Virus record (IMG/VR): IMGVR_UViG_3300014205_000187
Span: 42,381 to 106,380 of that record
Origin: a virus
Taxonomy: Duplodnaviria; Caudoviricetes
Length of the DNA: 64,000 nucleotides
Strand: one strand, 5' to 3'
Part shown: in pieces, positions 28,438 to 38,523 of the stretch
Layout: each line of letters opens with the position of its first letter
Numbering within the stretch: the first letter of the stretch is position 1
Notes under the pieces: generated by a model
The model's input: the letters and a program-made list of their open reading frames with translations, nothing else
Told to the model about the DNA's origin: nothing
Databases searched by the model: none
Position numbers and translations under genes: made by a program

Positions 28438-31400
28438 GTGTCAATCGCTATAGGAACCTCCATAGACCTTACTGGAGCTGCTACAGGACTGGGGCAGCTT
28501 ACCTCAATGGTCGATACTGCGGTTGCTAACATGAACCGCAAAATGATGTCGGCTTCTGCTGGTATAGCTGCCCCTCTTGGTATTGGTGGTCCCAAAGTTG
28601 GACAAATAGCTAACGAGATGGAGAAGATGGTCGGTCTAACCGGGCGTCTAAACCAGGGTCTCGACCGAATGACCACTCTCTTCGCAGGAGGGCTTGGATT
28701 TGGTATAGCTCTTGGAGGTATAGGTCTATTTACGGCTGCTCTCACCAGGTCTATCGAAAAAGCCAGAGAGTTCCAAACCGCTCAGATTGCTATCGCTGCT
28801 ACCATTCAGTCAGCTTATAAAATAGGCCCACCTGGGGGCAAAGTAGACTGGACTACAAGCACCAATCCTGTTGATCGTGCTAGAGCATTTCAGGTAGCTC
28901 AGTTAGAAGCCTCTAAACTCAACTCAGAGATCATTCGACGCCAAGCTAAAAACATCCTCACATACGAGGAAGAACTTCAGGCTTTCCAATCGTCTCTCGC
29001 TCCTGGTGCTCGTAAAGGTCTCAGCACAAAACAAGTCTTAAACATATCCGAACAAGCTGCTATCGTTGCTAAATCCATCGGTCTACGAGGTGAAGAAATT
29101 GCCAACGCCTCCAGACTACTCATGGGAGGTGGCGTTAATGTAGCCAGGTCTACGATTGGTCGTGTTCTCGGTGTATCTAACGCCGATATTACAGGTAAAA
29201 CCGGGCCTGAGTTCGAGAAGTTTATCAACGAACGCCTCAAAGGTTTCAAAGCCGCTCAACAGCCATTTGCCGTGTCCATCGAAGGTATCATGTCCACTCT
29301 ACAAGCTCAATTGGACGTATTCCTGGCATCTGTCGGCGACAAACTGATGAAACGAATCTCCGGTTCTATCCAGAGCTTAGGTAAAACTTTAGAAGGTCCT
29401 GGAGCTGAAAAGTTTGGAGATATGCTTGCTGATCTATTCGAGTCCGTGGCAAAAGGTATCGAATCCATAGCAAAATCTCCAGCTATTCCGATGATAATGA
29501 AGTTCATCAGTTTCTTGGCTTCTAACGGAGACAAGATTGTTATAGGGATAGCTCTCATGGCTCTCATGGGCGTTATCACAAAAGTTGGTGGGACCCTAAA
29601 AACTCTTGTAGGATGGTTCGGTGAGGTTGCTGTTGCGGCTTCTTCTGCTGCCGGAGCCGTTGATGGTCTTGCTATGGCTACGAACTCCATAGGGGGCACT
29701 GGAGTGGCAATGGCTGGACGAGGTGGTAGAGGTGCTGCTGGACGTATGACGACAGCCAGTGAAATAGCCACAGCAGCCGAAGCCGAAGTTATAGCCGCCA
29801 ACAGAGCTGCTGAATCCGCTTTTGTGAGTGGCAAATGGGGCGGTGGCAAAGGTAATGTGGCAGCCGGAGCCAGAGGCGCATTCCGTGACCCTACAACAGG
29901 CAAGTTTATCAGTAAGAGCGAAGCTGCTTTAAGAACCAGTAGAGGTAGAGCTTTGGCTGGTGAAGTTCAGATGGACGCATTCTCCAATGTTCTTGGAGCT
30001 GACTATCTTACTGGAAAGATTCCCGGTGTCATGGGGCCTATGCAACAGGCCACACTAAGAGAAAGAATTGTAAAAACATTCGGCACCGAAGGAGCTATGG
30101 CTAAGAAAATGCTGGGTCTTGCCGAAACGAACCCAGCAATGGCTACAAAAATAATGGGGGCCATGTCTGTCGGCGGCAAGATGGGTCAATCTGCTCTAAA
30201 GGCTTTCATTGGCACTCAAATTGCTGGTATGGTTCTGCCCGAAAAAATAACGGGTAGTGCTGCCTGGGACATCGGAACAAACGCCTTTATTGGCGGTTCA
30301 GCGATTAAACAGCTTCTCCCTTCTATAGGCATGGGAACTCTAACAGGTGCCGGTGCGACACTGGGAACAGGGGCCGGTGCTCTTCTTGCTGGGGGAGGTG
30401 CTGGAGCTGCCGCCGCTATCAGTTTACCTTTAATTGCTGCAATCGGAGGAGGTCTTATCGGCACCAAGATTCGTCAAAGTGTGTGGAGTGGTATCGATGA
30501 GCCAGGTACAGCAGCTAAGATAGCAGCCGGACGAAAATGGCAAGAAAAACAGATTCCTTTAGCGGTCAAGCATGAAGACCTTCTGACCCGTAAAAGAGAA
30601 ATTGAAAAAGCAATTAAGTCTGGAGGTGGGTTTGAACGCGAAACACCAAACGAAATGCGGGCTTATAACCCACAACATTGGCTTGGTGACACCACTTTCG
30701 GTTACATGGAAGAAGGCTTCGGCACTACAAAAGAAAAAGGCACTGGATTTTCTCCTACACAACTAAAAAAATCCCTTGCCTATATAAACGCCCAACTCAA
30801 AGACACCGAAGAAGTTCAGAGAGCTGTTATCACATCTAATGCTAGAGGCGATATTGTTAAGGGTATTATAGCAAAATCGCAAACACTCCAAACCTCTGCT
30901 TCTCTTGGTTGGGGTGTTCTTCGACAAAAACAAGATATTGAATCCAGGCGTATGGCCGAACAGGCCAAACTTCTTGAACTATACAATGCGCCTGATACAG
31001 GGATACCTCTCGATAAAGACCTGAAAACCAAATTAACTTTAGACTACTTCACTAAAGGAACCGCACTTAACAAACAGTATGGCGGTAAAAAATTATCTGC
31101 GGCTGATATGGACAAAGCTCTTACTGGAGCCGGTCAAGACCTCATGTATCAGCGTAAAACCAGAGAAATAAACGAAAAGTTTGCAAGTGAATCCCTTATC
31201 GCTGATATGCAGCGTAAACAGCTTATAGGTGGAGCTGGTCTAAAAACAATCGGACAAGAATATACATTAGGTAGACAAGCCATTGAGATTCAAATGGCTC
31301 AGTCTAAAGGCACTCTTGGAGCCGACTATAAAGCTACTCTGAATAAAGCTCTACATGCATTTGATGTCCAGTTCAATAAACCTCTAAAAGAGATTGAACA

Positions 31401-32460
31401 ACAAATGGGTAATCTTCAGCTTGGAGTATCGAGTCAGCACGTTGTTGAAGCAGCTCAACTCGCTTTTAAGGCTGTCAGAGCCAAAATTAAACAGGCTGTC
31501 CAGTTATTCAAAGAAACTGGAGAAGGTATGACTCCAGAACAAGGACAGCAGGCTCTCAGAGAGCAGGAAGCTCAAATGAAGGCCGATGTCTACAAAGCTA
31601 TGGCATCAAAACAGTTTGCTCTTGGAACCACTCCAGAAGCACGTATAATGAATGCTGCCATCTCTGAAGTAGCTCAACAGGGTTTCGCTAACAAAGGTGA
31701 AATGTTCAAAGCCAAAGGTTTCGATATGTCATCCGGCATGACCAGCAGCTTTGCTCAAATAGAAGCGTTCCGAAGAAGTCCTGGAGTCACGGCTCCGATG
31801 GTCAATCAGTTCGCTCAAGACAGTATCAACAACAATATGATACAAATGCAGCGAAGAATAGAAGATGCTCGGGCACAGCAGGAACAGAACGCTCTTCAAC
31901 AGAAATATGCCCCACTTCAAACAGCTCAAGCAGAAATGGGTGTAAAACAGGCTCAATTCGGAAAAGATCAGCGAATGATGACCTTGACCGATTATGACCA
32001 GGCTCGTTGGGCTACCGCTGAAAGAGAAGTTCGTTATGAAGAGGCTCAAAAACGAGGTCCGCAAACCTACGAAGATATAAAGAAAAAAGTTCAAGAAGGC
32101 TTCGATATACAAAAACAGCAAGATGACATGGCTATCCAGGGTGCTCAGGCAAACAAGGAAGGTGTGGCACTTCAGCAGAAGATAAATGAACGTCTAACTA
32201 AACGGCTTGATTATGACCTGGGAAAACTGGAAAAAGACTATGCCAGAGCTGTTGAAATGGCTACCGCCTATCTCAGTAGCATGGGTAAAAAAGGTGGTGG
32301 AAACCCCACTAAATCCGGCAAATCTGAAGAAAGCGAAGGTCCGGCATTCGACATCACTATCAATGGTGGTGGTTTCACCGAAGCCGATGTAGATAAATGG
32401 ATACCTCGTATCAGAGAGAAATTATGCCAAGAAGCAACTCGGAGCGGGAGTAGGAAATAA
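28438..32460 (+). CDS. tape measure protein
   Basis: 1340 aa, Ala/Gly-rich helical, hydrophobic segments, canonical position. Confidence 0.9.
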   Translation: MSIAIGTSIDLTGAATGLGQLTSMVDTAVANMNRKMMSASAGIAAPLGIGGPKVGQIANEMEKMVGLTGRLNQGLDRMTTLFAGGLGFGIALGGIGLFTAALTRSIEKAREFQTAQIAIAATIQSAYKIGPPGGKVDWTTSTNPVDRARAFQVAQLEASKLNSEIIRRQAKNILTYEEELQAFQSSLAPGARKGLSTKQVLNISEQAAIVAKSIGLRGEEIANASRLLMGGGVNVARSTIGRVLGVSNADITGKTGPEFEKFINERLKGFKAAQQPFAVSIEGIMSTLQAQLDVFLASVGDKLMKRISGSIQSLGKTLEGPGAEKFGDMLADLFESVAKGIESIAKSPAIPMIMKFISFLASNGDKIVIGIALMALMGVITKVGGTLKTLVGWFGEVAVAASSAAGAVDGLAMATNSIGGTGVAMAGRGGRGAAGRMTTASEIATAAEAEVIAANRAAESAFVSGKWGGGKGNVAAGARGAFRDPTTGKFISKSEAALRTSRGRALAGEVQMDAFSNVLGADYLTGKIPGVMGPMQQATLRERIVKTFGTEGAMAKKMLGLAETNPAMATKIMGAMSVGGKMGQSALKAFIGTQIAGMVLPEKITGSAAWDIGTNAFIGGSAIKQLLPSIGMGTLTGAGATLGTGAGALLAGGGAGAAAAISLPLIAAIGGGLIGTKIRQSVWSGIDEPGTAAKIAAGRKWQEKQIPLAVKHEDLLTRKREIEKAIKSGGGFERETPNEMRAYNPQHWLGDTTFGYMEEGFGTTKEKGTGFSPTQLKKSLAYINAQLKDTEEVQRAVITSNARGDIVKGIIAKSQTLQTSASLGWGVLRQKQDIESRRMAEQAKLLELYNAPDTGIPLDKDLKTKLTLDYFTKGTALNKQYGGKKLSAADMDKALTGAGQDLMYQRKTREINEKFASESLIADMQRKQLIGGAGLKTIGQEYTLGRQAIEIQMAQSKGTLGADYKATLNKALHAFDVQFNKPLKEIEQQMGNLQLGVSSQHVVEAAQLAFKAVRAKIKQAVQLFKETGEGMTPEQGQQALREQEAQMKADVYKAMASKQFALGTTPEARIMNAAISEVAQQGFANKGEMFKAKGFDMSSGMTSSFAQIEAFRRSPGVTAPMVNQFAQDSINNNMIQMQRRIEDARAQQEQNALQQKYAPLQTAQAEMGVKQAQFGKDQRMMTLTDYDQARWATAEREVRYEEAQKRGPQTYEDIKKKVQEGFDIQKQQDDMAIQGAQANKEGVALQQKINERLTKRLDYDLGKLEKDYARAVEMATAYLSSMGKKGGGNPTKSGKSEESEGPAFDITINGGGFTEADVDKWIPRIREKLCQEATRSGSRK

Positions 32461-32462
32461 CA

Positions 32463-32876
32463 ATGGCTGTCTCAACCGTATACCTGGACAATATACAGCT
32501 CGATATAGACCCAGAGCAATACATACCTCTCGGCGGTCGGCGTCGTGGTTCGATTCATCGACTCATCGACGGCGGCACAGTTTATCAAGATCGAGGCATA
32601 AACGAAACAGATTTGAGTATTATGCTGAGTGGTAAGTTCACAGACCTTACAACCCTTAAAGCCATTTATGCCATCTACCGTAAAAAAGGGTATGAGTTCG
32701 TGCTCAAAGACTTCAAAGACTGTGAGTTTCTGGTAGTCTTCACTCCTGGAGTAGAATCGTTCAGAGCTGCGCCTTTATACGGTTCAAACAGAGGATGGTC
32801 TTATCAGATCATGTTATCCGTCGTATCCGTACAAAAGTGGTTTTCTACATCTAGTGGATTTCCCTCTGACACATAA
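32463..32876 (+). CDS. putative distal tail protein
   Basis: Directly after tape measure; RLIDGGTVYQ hairpin-type motif. Confidence 0.55.
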   Translation: MAVSTVYLDNIQLDIDPEQYIPLGGRRRGSIHRLIDGGTVYQDRGINETDLSIMLSGKFTDLTTLKAIYAIYRKKGYEFVLKDFKDCEFLVVFTPGVESFRAAPLYGSNRGWSYQIMLSVVSVQKWFSTSSGFPSDT

Positions 32877-32893
32877 TATGCTATAATGCGTCC

Positions 32894-33044
32894 GAGGCAA
32901 GTAGTATGGTGGACACTCAATCGAGACTTTTCATCTGTGAAAAGATACGCAACACGCTTTCGATAGCGTATAATACAATCAAGCCGTTCAATAGAGTCTC
33001 AATATGTGCCTGACGCCGGATTAAAACCCCGGCGTCTTCGTCTA
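32894..33044 (+). ncRNA. candidate tmRNA/tRNA-like structured RNA (alternative: 35-aa ORF plus terminator)
   Basis: TGCTATAAT promoter at 32879-32887; nested helices and a T-arm-like 3' hairpin. Confidence 0.35.
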
Positions 33045-33055
33045 CTTGAGAGAAG

Positions 33056-33787
33056 ATGCCTAATAGACCTACAGCCATTTTAACCGAAGCACAGGTTGTT
33101 GAGATTCTGGATTTACTGAAAGTCAAAGTATCTCACCAAAATATAGCTGATCGATATGGCGTCTCAAAAAAGTCTATCTCTCGCATAGCCACTGGAGAAA
33201 CATGGAGAGATATATCTCTCCGATATGGTCTACAAACACCTCCATCTCAAACCATAATTCCAGTCATTAACCTTGTTCCCATCCCTACCGAGTTTTGTGA
33301 TCTCCTGGATGAAATAACTGCTGTTAAAAATCACTTTGCCTTATCTTTCACTCATCCTCTTTATTGGGGTCAATTTTCCAGTTGGGATGGAGTCCATTCA
33401 ATTGTAAGCGATGGTTACATCATCTGGGAATCTCTTGATCTCTACAACTATGCCAAGCGTTTATCTGATACCAAGATAATTGGGTATCCAGTATGGTCCG
33501 AAAAAACTGAAGAATTACCCACTTTTGAACTGGAAGATTTTATGACTCAACCCGTTGGTGATAAGTTTACAGTCAACAGTGGGGGAGGCGATATAGTAAA
33601 ACTCGTATCCTCTAACAAAGAGTTGTTCATCAGAGCAAAGTATGTTACAATGGCTATACGAATGAAGCTCGATATTAGAGAAGCGCAAACTAATGATAGT
33701 TTTGTTTATCTAACTAAAAACAAACCCAAAGCCACAAGTGACCCAATGCCTATTGTAATCGCTTGTGCAACGGTATTGAATGATTAG
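33056..33787 (+). CDS. HTH-containing protein
   Basis: LTEAQVVEI..IADRYGVSKKSISRIATGETW. Confidence 0.7.
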   Translation: MPNRPTAILTEAQVVEILDLLKVKVSHQNIADRYGVSKKSISRIATGETWRDISLRYGLQTPPSQTIIPVINLVPIPTEFCDLLDEITAVKNHFALSFTHPLYWGQFSSWDGVHSIVSDGYIIWESLDLYNYAKRLSDTKIIGYPVWSEKTEELPTFELEDFMTQPVGDKFTVNSGGGDIVKLVSSNKELFIRAKYVTMAIRMKLDIREAQTNDSFVYLTKNKPKATSDPMPIVIACATVLND

Positions 33788-33799
33788 GAGGCAACAATC

Positions 33800-34018
33800 A
33801 TGGATAACATTACCGTAACTAAAGAAGAGGAAGTAATTTCCACACGAAAACGCTCAGAGGCGAATGAAAAGAAAATAGTCGTTCTCAAGGCGTTCTTAGA
33901 CATCATCGGTGAAGAGGATGTCGATACGTTCTTTCTTTCCACTCTTCAGACCGCAAAAGAACGTGGTTATAATCTCCAAGAAGAGCCTGAAGCTCTACTT
34001 CAACGGTTCCAGGTTTAA
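33800..34018 (+). CDS. hypothetical protein
   Basis: GGAGGCAAC RBS. Confidence 0.65.
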   Translation: MDNITVTKEEEVISTRKRSEANEKKIVVLKAFLDIIGEEDVDTFFLSTLQTAKERGYNLQEEPEALLQRFQV

Positions 34019-34024
34019 CGCCTC

Positions 34025-34642
34025 ATGGGTAGTAATTATAAAATTATTCTTACCCCAAGCCAATTAGCTCATATCAAAAATCGATACGAACATGACAGAG
34101 CTACGGCGGCTGTAATATCCCGAGAGTTGGAAAACATATCTCCTCAAATAGTTTTACGTGCCCTCAAAGACTTAGGCATTAAACGCTATAAAGGAGGTCG
34201 AAGGCGCGGACAATACCCTGTAAACGCTAAAGGTTATAAGAAATGTGTTGATTGCGGTGAGACTAATCTAGCTGAAACACATTTCTTTCCTGCAAAAGTC
34301 AGCTCTGATGGTTATACTGTACGGTGCAAATCATGTCATCAAAAGATGAATAGGCACTTAAAACTAAAACGTGAGTTTGGCCTTACTTTGGCAGAATACG
34401 ATATTTTACTTGAAAATCAAAAAGGAGTCTGTGCTATCTGTGGCATGGCAGAAACTAGACAAGTTAGACACCAAAAAATCTATCATTTAGCGGTTGACCA
34501 CGACCACGCCACAGGAAAACTCAGAGGACTACTATGTTCTCGGTGTAATAAATTACTTGGAGCACTCAATGACGATATAGGTATTTGTAAAGCTATCATA
34601 GCTTATCTAACTCATTGGAGAAAACAACATAATGCTCCATAA
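34025..34642 (+). CDS. endonuclease VII-type HNH homing endonuclease
   Basis: QKGVCAICG..LAVDHDHATGKLRGLLCSRCN. Confidence 0.9.
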   Translation: MGSNYKIILTPSQLAHIKNRYEHDRATAAVISRELENISPQIVLRALKDLGIKRYKGGRRRGQYPVNAKGYKKCVDCGETNLAETHFFPAKVSSDGYTVRCKSCHQKMNRHLKLKREFGLTLAEYDILLENQKGVCAICGMAETRQVRHQKIYHLAVDHDHATGKLRGLLCSRCNKLLGALNDDIGICKAIIAYLTHWRKQHNAP

Positions 34643-35615
34643 ACCCTATATACTTGTTGTTCGTCAACTTGGAGGCATCGGCGACGTGCTCATGATGTCA
34701 TGTTTGTATCGGGGACTCCGAGAAACTTACCCAAAACATACAATCAAACTCGTAGCTCCTAGTATATACCTGGGAGGCGCACTCATCGATGTCGCCGAAC
34801 ATAATCCATTTATAGATGAGATTCACATTATAGAGCCTTACGATTGCACTACTCAACACACAAAAGAAGTATGGGCCAAATACTTTGAAAATGCACCCAA
34901 TATCGAAAATGAACTTATATGGAAAATGGCTGATAAAGCCTTTGATATGAATACTCCCTGTGTAGATTTCGAGTGGAACACTAATAGTATAGATAAACCT
35001 CGATACCAGGTATGGTGTGACGCCGCTAATATAGTGCCCTCGTCTTATGCGCCTGTATATAAAATACGCCCTGATGAACTGGCTGAGGCTAAAGGATATG
35101 CTGCCGAACACTGGGAAGGAAAAAAAGTTGTTGGAGTTGGACTGGCAGCCGCCGACAAGAAAAGAGCACTCGGATTAGGAAAACTTGAAGATATTTGCCA
35201 CATGCTTCAACAAGCTGGAGTGCATCCAGTTACCATAGACCCCACTTGTAAAATAGATGGAGTTGACTACCTAATTAACAAAAGAATCCGTGAACTGATG
35301 CCTCTAATGCACTGCATGGATACCGTAATCTCTGTAGATTCAGGACTCCTACACATGGCAGGCACAGTCGGCACCCCTGTTATAGGCGTTTTCGGACCCA
35401 CAGATTATCGAATGCGAATGGGTAATTATTTGGGAAGTGCCATAGATAGCCGACAATTGATGCCCTGTACTCCATGCTGGTATGGTTATCCCTGCACCAA
35501 AGATGATGGTCGGCACGGTATTAAACCTTACGAATGCCTAAATAAGATACAGCCTGAAGTCGTCGTAGAAGAGACGCTTAGATGGGTTTTAGACAGTAGA
35601 AAAGTTGACCATTAA
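34632..35615 (+). CDS. glycosyltransferase family 9 (heptosyltransferase-like)
   Basis: GGIGDVLM, NPFIDE, SVDSGLLHMA, GVFGPT, CTPCW..CL..I.PE.V. Confidence 0.9.
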   Translation: MLHKPYILVVRQLGGIGDVLMMSCLYRGLRETYPKHTIKLVAPSIYLGGALIDVAEHNPFIDEIHIIEPYDCTTQHTKEVWAKYFENAPNIENELIWKMADKAFDMNTPCVDFEWNTNSIDKPRYQVWCDAANIVPSSYAPVYKIRPDELAEAKGYAAEHWEGKKVVGVGLAAADKKRALGLGKLEDICHMLQQAGVHPVTIDPTCKIDGVDYLINKRIRELMPLMHCMDTVISVDSGLLHMAGTVGTPVIGVFGPTDYRMRMGNYLGSAIDSRQLMPCTPCWYGYPCTKDDGRHGIKPYECLNKIQPEVVVEETLRWVLDSRKVDH

Positions 35616-35645
35616 CATACTAGACTGTGCTATAATGGAGACACT

Positions 35646-36011
35646 ATGGCTGCAAACCTCGAAATACAAAATGATGTAGGGGATGCTATTACCTCTTATA
35701 ACTTCGGAGCCGTAAATGGTGGAAGCTATGAGGAAGTTCGACTATCAATCGAAAATATAGGTGACACTTCTGCTTCTTCAGTTCAAGTAGCTGTTCAACG
35801 CCTCGCTCAAAACGATGGCATAGATTTTGCCTCTCTTGCTTTAGATGTCGCAGGTAATCCAGGAGTTTATAGCGCAAGTGCTCTGAATCTTGGGACCATT
35901 GCGGCTAATATAACGACATATTTTTGGGCCAAAGTAACTGTCCCTACCGGCACAACCCCGGCAGGGAACCCAAGACAATTCGACATTATCGCAACGTACA
36001 CAGGAACATAG
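35646..36011 (+). CDS. putative virion structural protein (Ig-like)
   Basis: Beta-rich; own promoter TTGACC..TGTGCTATAAT. Confidence 0.55.
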   Translation: MAANLEIQNDVGDAITSYNFGAVNGGSYEEVRLSIENIGDTSASSVQVAVQRLAQNDGIDFASLALDVAGNPGVYSASALNLGTIAANITTYFWAKVTVPTGTTPAGNPRQFDIIATYTGT

Positions 36012-36611
36012 ATGCCTAATCAACATTGTTTAACGGAAATATCAGAAGAAGATCGTGAATCAATACTTGAATACTATAAAACAGGTATTGGTGTAGATAC
36101 TCTAGTTAAACGGGGTCTTAGTCCTTACGGGCATGTGGTCACACAACGAGTAATACGTGAATCCAAAATACCAAAAATGCCTCGCGGCAATCAGGTTCAT
36201 TACAAACCTAAGTGTCCTGATAATAAGGTATGCCCTCGTTGTAAACTTGAAAAACCAAAGGAGGCGTTTGGAACACACTGCACCAATAAAGATGGGTTAA
36301 GATCGCATTGTAGAAAATGCCGTACTGAGATGGAAAGACCTGGAGGTATACGCCGACATCATGGAATTAGCCTTGAAGATTATGATATGATGTTTGCTAA
36401 ACAAAAAGGTCTCTGTGCTTGTTGTGGAAAACCAGAAACTTCAAAGAAACGAAAAGATAGGTGCAGTTTATCTATAGATCATGACCATAAAACAGGCAAA
36501 GTAAGACAACTTCTTTGCCATCGTTGTAATGTTGTCCTTGGGTTGGTCTATGAAAATCCGACCCTGTGTGAACTGTTGAGAAGCTATATTCTCAAACATA
36601 AAGAAAGGTAG
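36012..36611 (+). CDS. endonuclease VII-type HNH homing endonuclease
   Basis: QKGLCACCG..LSIDHDHKTGKVRQLLCHRCN. Confidence 0.9.
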   Translation: MPNQHCLTEISEEDRESILEYYKTGIGVDTLVKRGLSPYGHVVTQRVIRESKIPKMPRGNQVHYKPKCPDNKVCPRCKLEKPKEAFGTHCTNKDGLRSHCRKCRTEMERPGGIRRHHGISLEDYDMMFAKQKGLCACCGKPETSKKRKDRCSLSIDHDHKTGKVRQLLCHRCNVVLGLVYENPTLCELLRSYILKHKER

Positions 36612-36620
36612 GGTAAAGCC

Positions 36621-37124
36621 ATCCCAGCTAGTTTTTCGTGGTCCCAAACAATAGGTGCCCCTGCTGGAACACGTCAAGATTTAGGTTCGTCCGGGAATCT
36701 CATGAATTTCAAAAACGTCGATTCAATAGGCACCAGTGACTATTCTCAGTACCCAGTGCCAGCAGGTAGTAACTCTTACGAGGTTTGGCTACAAGCTCAT
36801 TTTACGGGAACTTTCAACTCGATCTATGATTTGAGGTTCTGGATGAGCACAGACTTCAGCCCCAACACAGGGCTGACCGTCAAAGTGAAGGCCAATCAGC
36901 AGTCCTACAATCAGCCCTCCAACGCAACGTCCTCGATTGCAACATCTACCATTAGCACGAGTGACCCTGGAACAGCAAACGTGAGTGTGGCTGGAAATCT
37001 TACCAGCTCTATCACTACGTCCGGCTATACAGACTATATCGTGCTTCAGTTGCAAACAACGACAGCGGCTCCGGCTGGTGATACGAGTTTGGCTACATTC
37101 AGTCTCTCATATATCGAGACCTGA
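36621..37124 (+). CDS. putative virion structural protein; start probably upstream of ATG 36702 (ATC 36621?)
   Basis: Frame open from 36612; Ser/Thr-rich; YTDYIVLQLQ..PAGD motif. Confidence 0.55.
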   Translation: MPASFSWSQTIGAPAGTRQDLGSSGNLMNFKNVDSIGTSDYSQYPVPAGSNSYEVWLQAHFTGTFNSIYDLRFWMSTDFSPNTGLTVKVKANQQSYNQPSNATSSIATSTISTSDPGTANVSVAGNLTSSITTSGYTDYIVLQLQTTTAAPAGDTSLATFSLSYIET

Positions 37125-37155
37125 TACCGTTTTATTCTAATTATTAGAGGCAACA

Positions 37156-37947
37156 ATGATTCAAAACGCAACACAAGTAGTAGACAGTGCCGACAAACTT
37201 GTGGAGTTCAGAGACGACCTGCGACAACCAAAAATTGTTTTTGGTCGTTGTGCTTTAACAGGTGAATGGGGCAAGTGCGTGGCTCTCGATCTTGGAGACA
37301 TCTGTATTCAGGCTCCAGATACAGAGAACGGTGTCACAAAAGATGAAGAAACTGGAGAGTTTACTTTTGAATACTGGAAGCCAGTTACATTTGAGAATCA
37401 AATAACCCTCAGTGAATCTGGTTTGAAAATGATCTTGGCGTATGCGGAATCCCAAGATAATCCCATCCCATCTATATCTCCAGAATTGCTGTATAAATGG
37501 CAGGTGAGTTACGATGACGGCTCTGCTCTTACTCAATATAGATTCAACCCAGAAACAAGCCAAGAAGAAGAGGTCAACTCTAAAGAAATCGATTTTGCGA
37601 GAATTGCTCAACTTACGGTACTTCCTCGGTACCCTGGGGACACTACCCTGCCAACTTTTACACTCGTAAAAGAGACAGGTAAGTTTTTCAAAGACGGCTC
37701 TGAAATCGATCTCATGTATGATGGAGCTTATTTACCCGAGGCAGATATTGTCTATGCACGAAAAATGACACATACCTGGGGGTCTCAGATTAACGGGCTT
37801 GACCGAGGAATTACGACTACGCATACAACAGTTTTGCAACTATTAGGTTGGAAAGTAGGAGGTCTTAAAGGTCCCGGACCCGGCTGTATCATTGCAATAG
37901 ACGATAGAGGGAATTGGAGACCTTGGGAATACGAGTATGGCGACTGA
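37156..37947 (+). CDS. hypothetical protein (tail region)
   Basis: GAGGCAAC RBS; WQVSYDDGSALTQY. Confidence 0.6.
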   Translation: MIQNATQVVDSADKLVEFRDDLRQPKIVFGRCALTGEWGKCVALDLGDICIQAPDTENGVTKDEETGEFTFEYWKPVTFENQITLSESGLKMILAYAESQDNPIPSISPELLYKWQVSYDDGSALTQYRFNPETSQEEEVNSKEIDFARIAQLTVLPRYPGDTTLPTFTLVKETGKFFKDGSEIDLMYDGAYLPEADIVYARKMTHTWGSQINGLDRGITTTHTTVLQLLGWKVGGLKGPGPGCIIAIDDRGNWRPWEYEYGD

Positions 37948-38521
37948 TTTTCCAACCAGTTTAGATACCTTATTAAATCCAACAGCATCAGACCCGTTGG
38001 ACAACGATACTCCAGGGTTAAAACACGCCACACAACATGACAACGCTAACGATGCTATTGAAGCTATTGAAGCTAAAGTAGGTATCGATGGTTCTGCTGT
38101 AGCAACCAGTCTCGACTACAAAAGTCGCAATGGCAGCTTTATACGAAAAACAGAGAATGTGGCAACTGATAGTCTGGCATCTGCGGCCACAGATAATACT
38201 AAAGTATTATCAATAGGTAAAGGTTGTCTTTTAGTCAAACTGGAGACCGATTATCCTGCCTGGGTTCGTATATATTCATCTCAAGCTGCTCAGACAGCCG
38301 ATGCCAGCAGAGCCAGGACAACTGACCCTACAGCAGGGGCAGGAGTGCTGCTAGAGGTCATCACAGTGGCCGGAGCGTTGGCTGTAGGATTGTCTCCAGC
38401 GATAGCCGCTTACAGTCTTGAAGCGTCTCCAGGAACCACTTTATACATTACAGTGACAAACGATGATACCGTCAGCCGAGTAATTACAGTCACCGTGACT
38501 GTGATTCCTATTGAGGGATAA
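37937..38521 (+). CDS. putative tail fibre-associated protein
   Basis: FPTSLD..HATQH.NANDAIEAIEAKVG N-terminus typical of phage fibre proteins. Confidence 0.6.
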   Translation: MATDFPTSLDTLLNPTASDPLDNDTPGLKHATQHDNANDAIEAIEAKVGIDGSAVATSLDYKSRNGSFIRKTENVATDSLASAATDNTKVLSIGKGCLLVKLETDYPAWVRIYSSQAAQTADASRARTTDPTAGAGVLLEVITVAGALAVGLSPAIAAYSLEASPGTTLYITVTNDDTVSRVITVTVTVIPIEG

Positions 38522-38523
38522 AT

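Noticed and set aside
32894-33044. Canonical tRNA gene
   Set aside because: No D-stem, anticodon arm or TTC loop, and the acceptor stem is incomplete; kept only as a tmRNA-like candidate.
34025-36611. HNH genes as group I intron-encoded
   Set aside because: They abut neighbouring genes with no room for an intron core, so they are treated as free-standing.
35646-37124. Genome-wide amber (TAG) reassignment
   Set aside because: Long conserved genes are intact under the standard code, TAG terminates terL and tnpB at natural ends, and no suppressor tRNA was seen.
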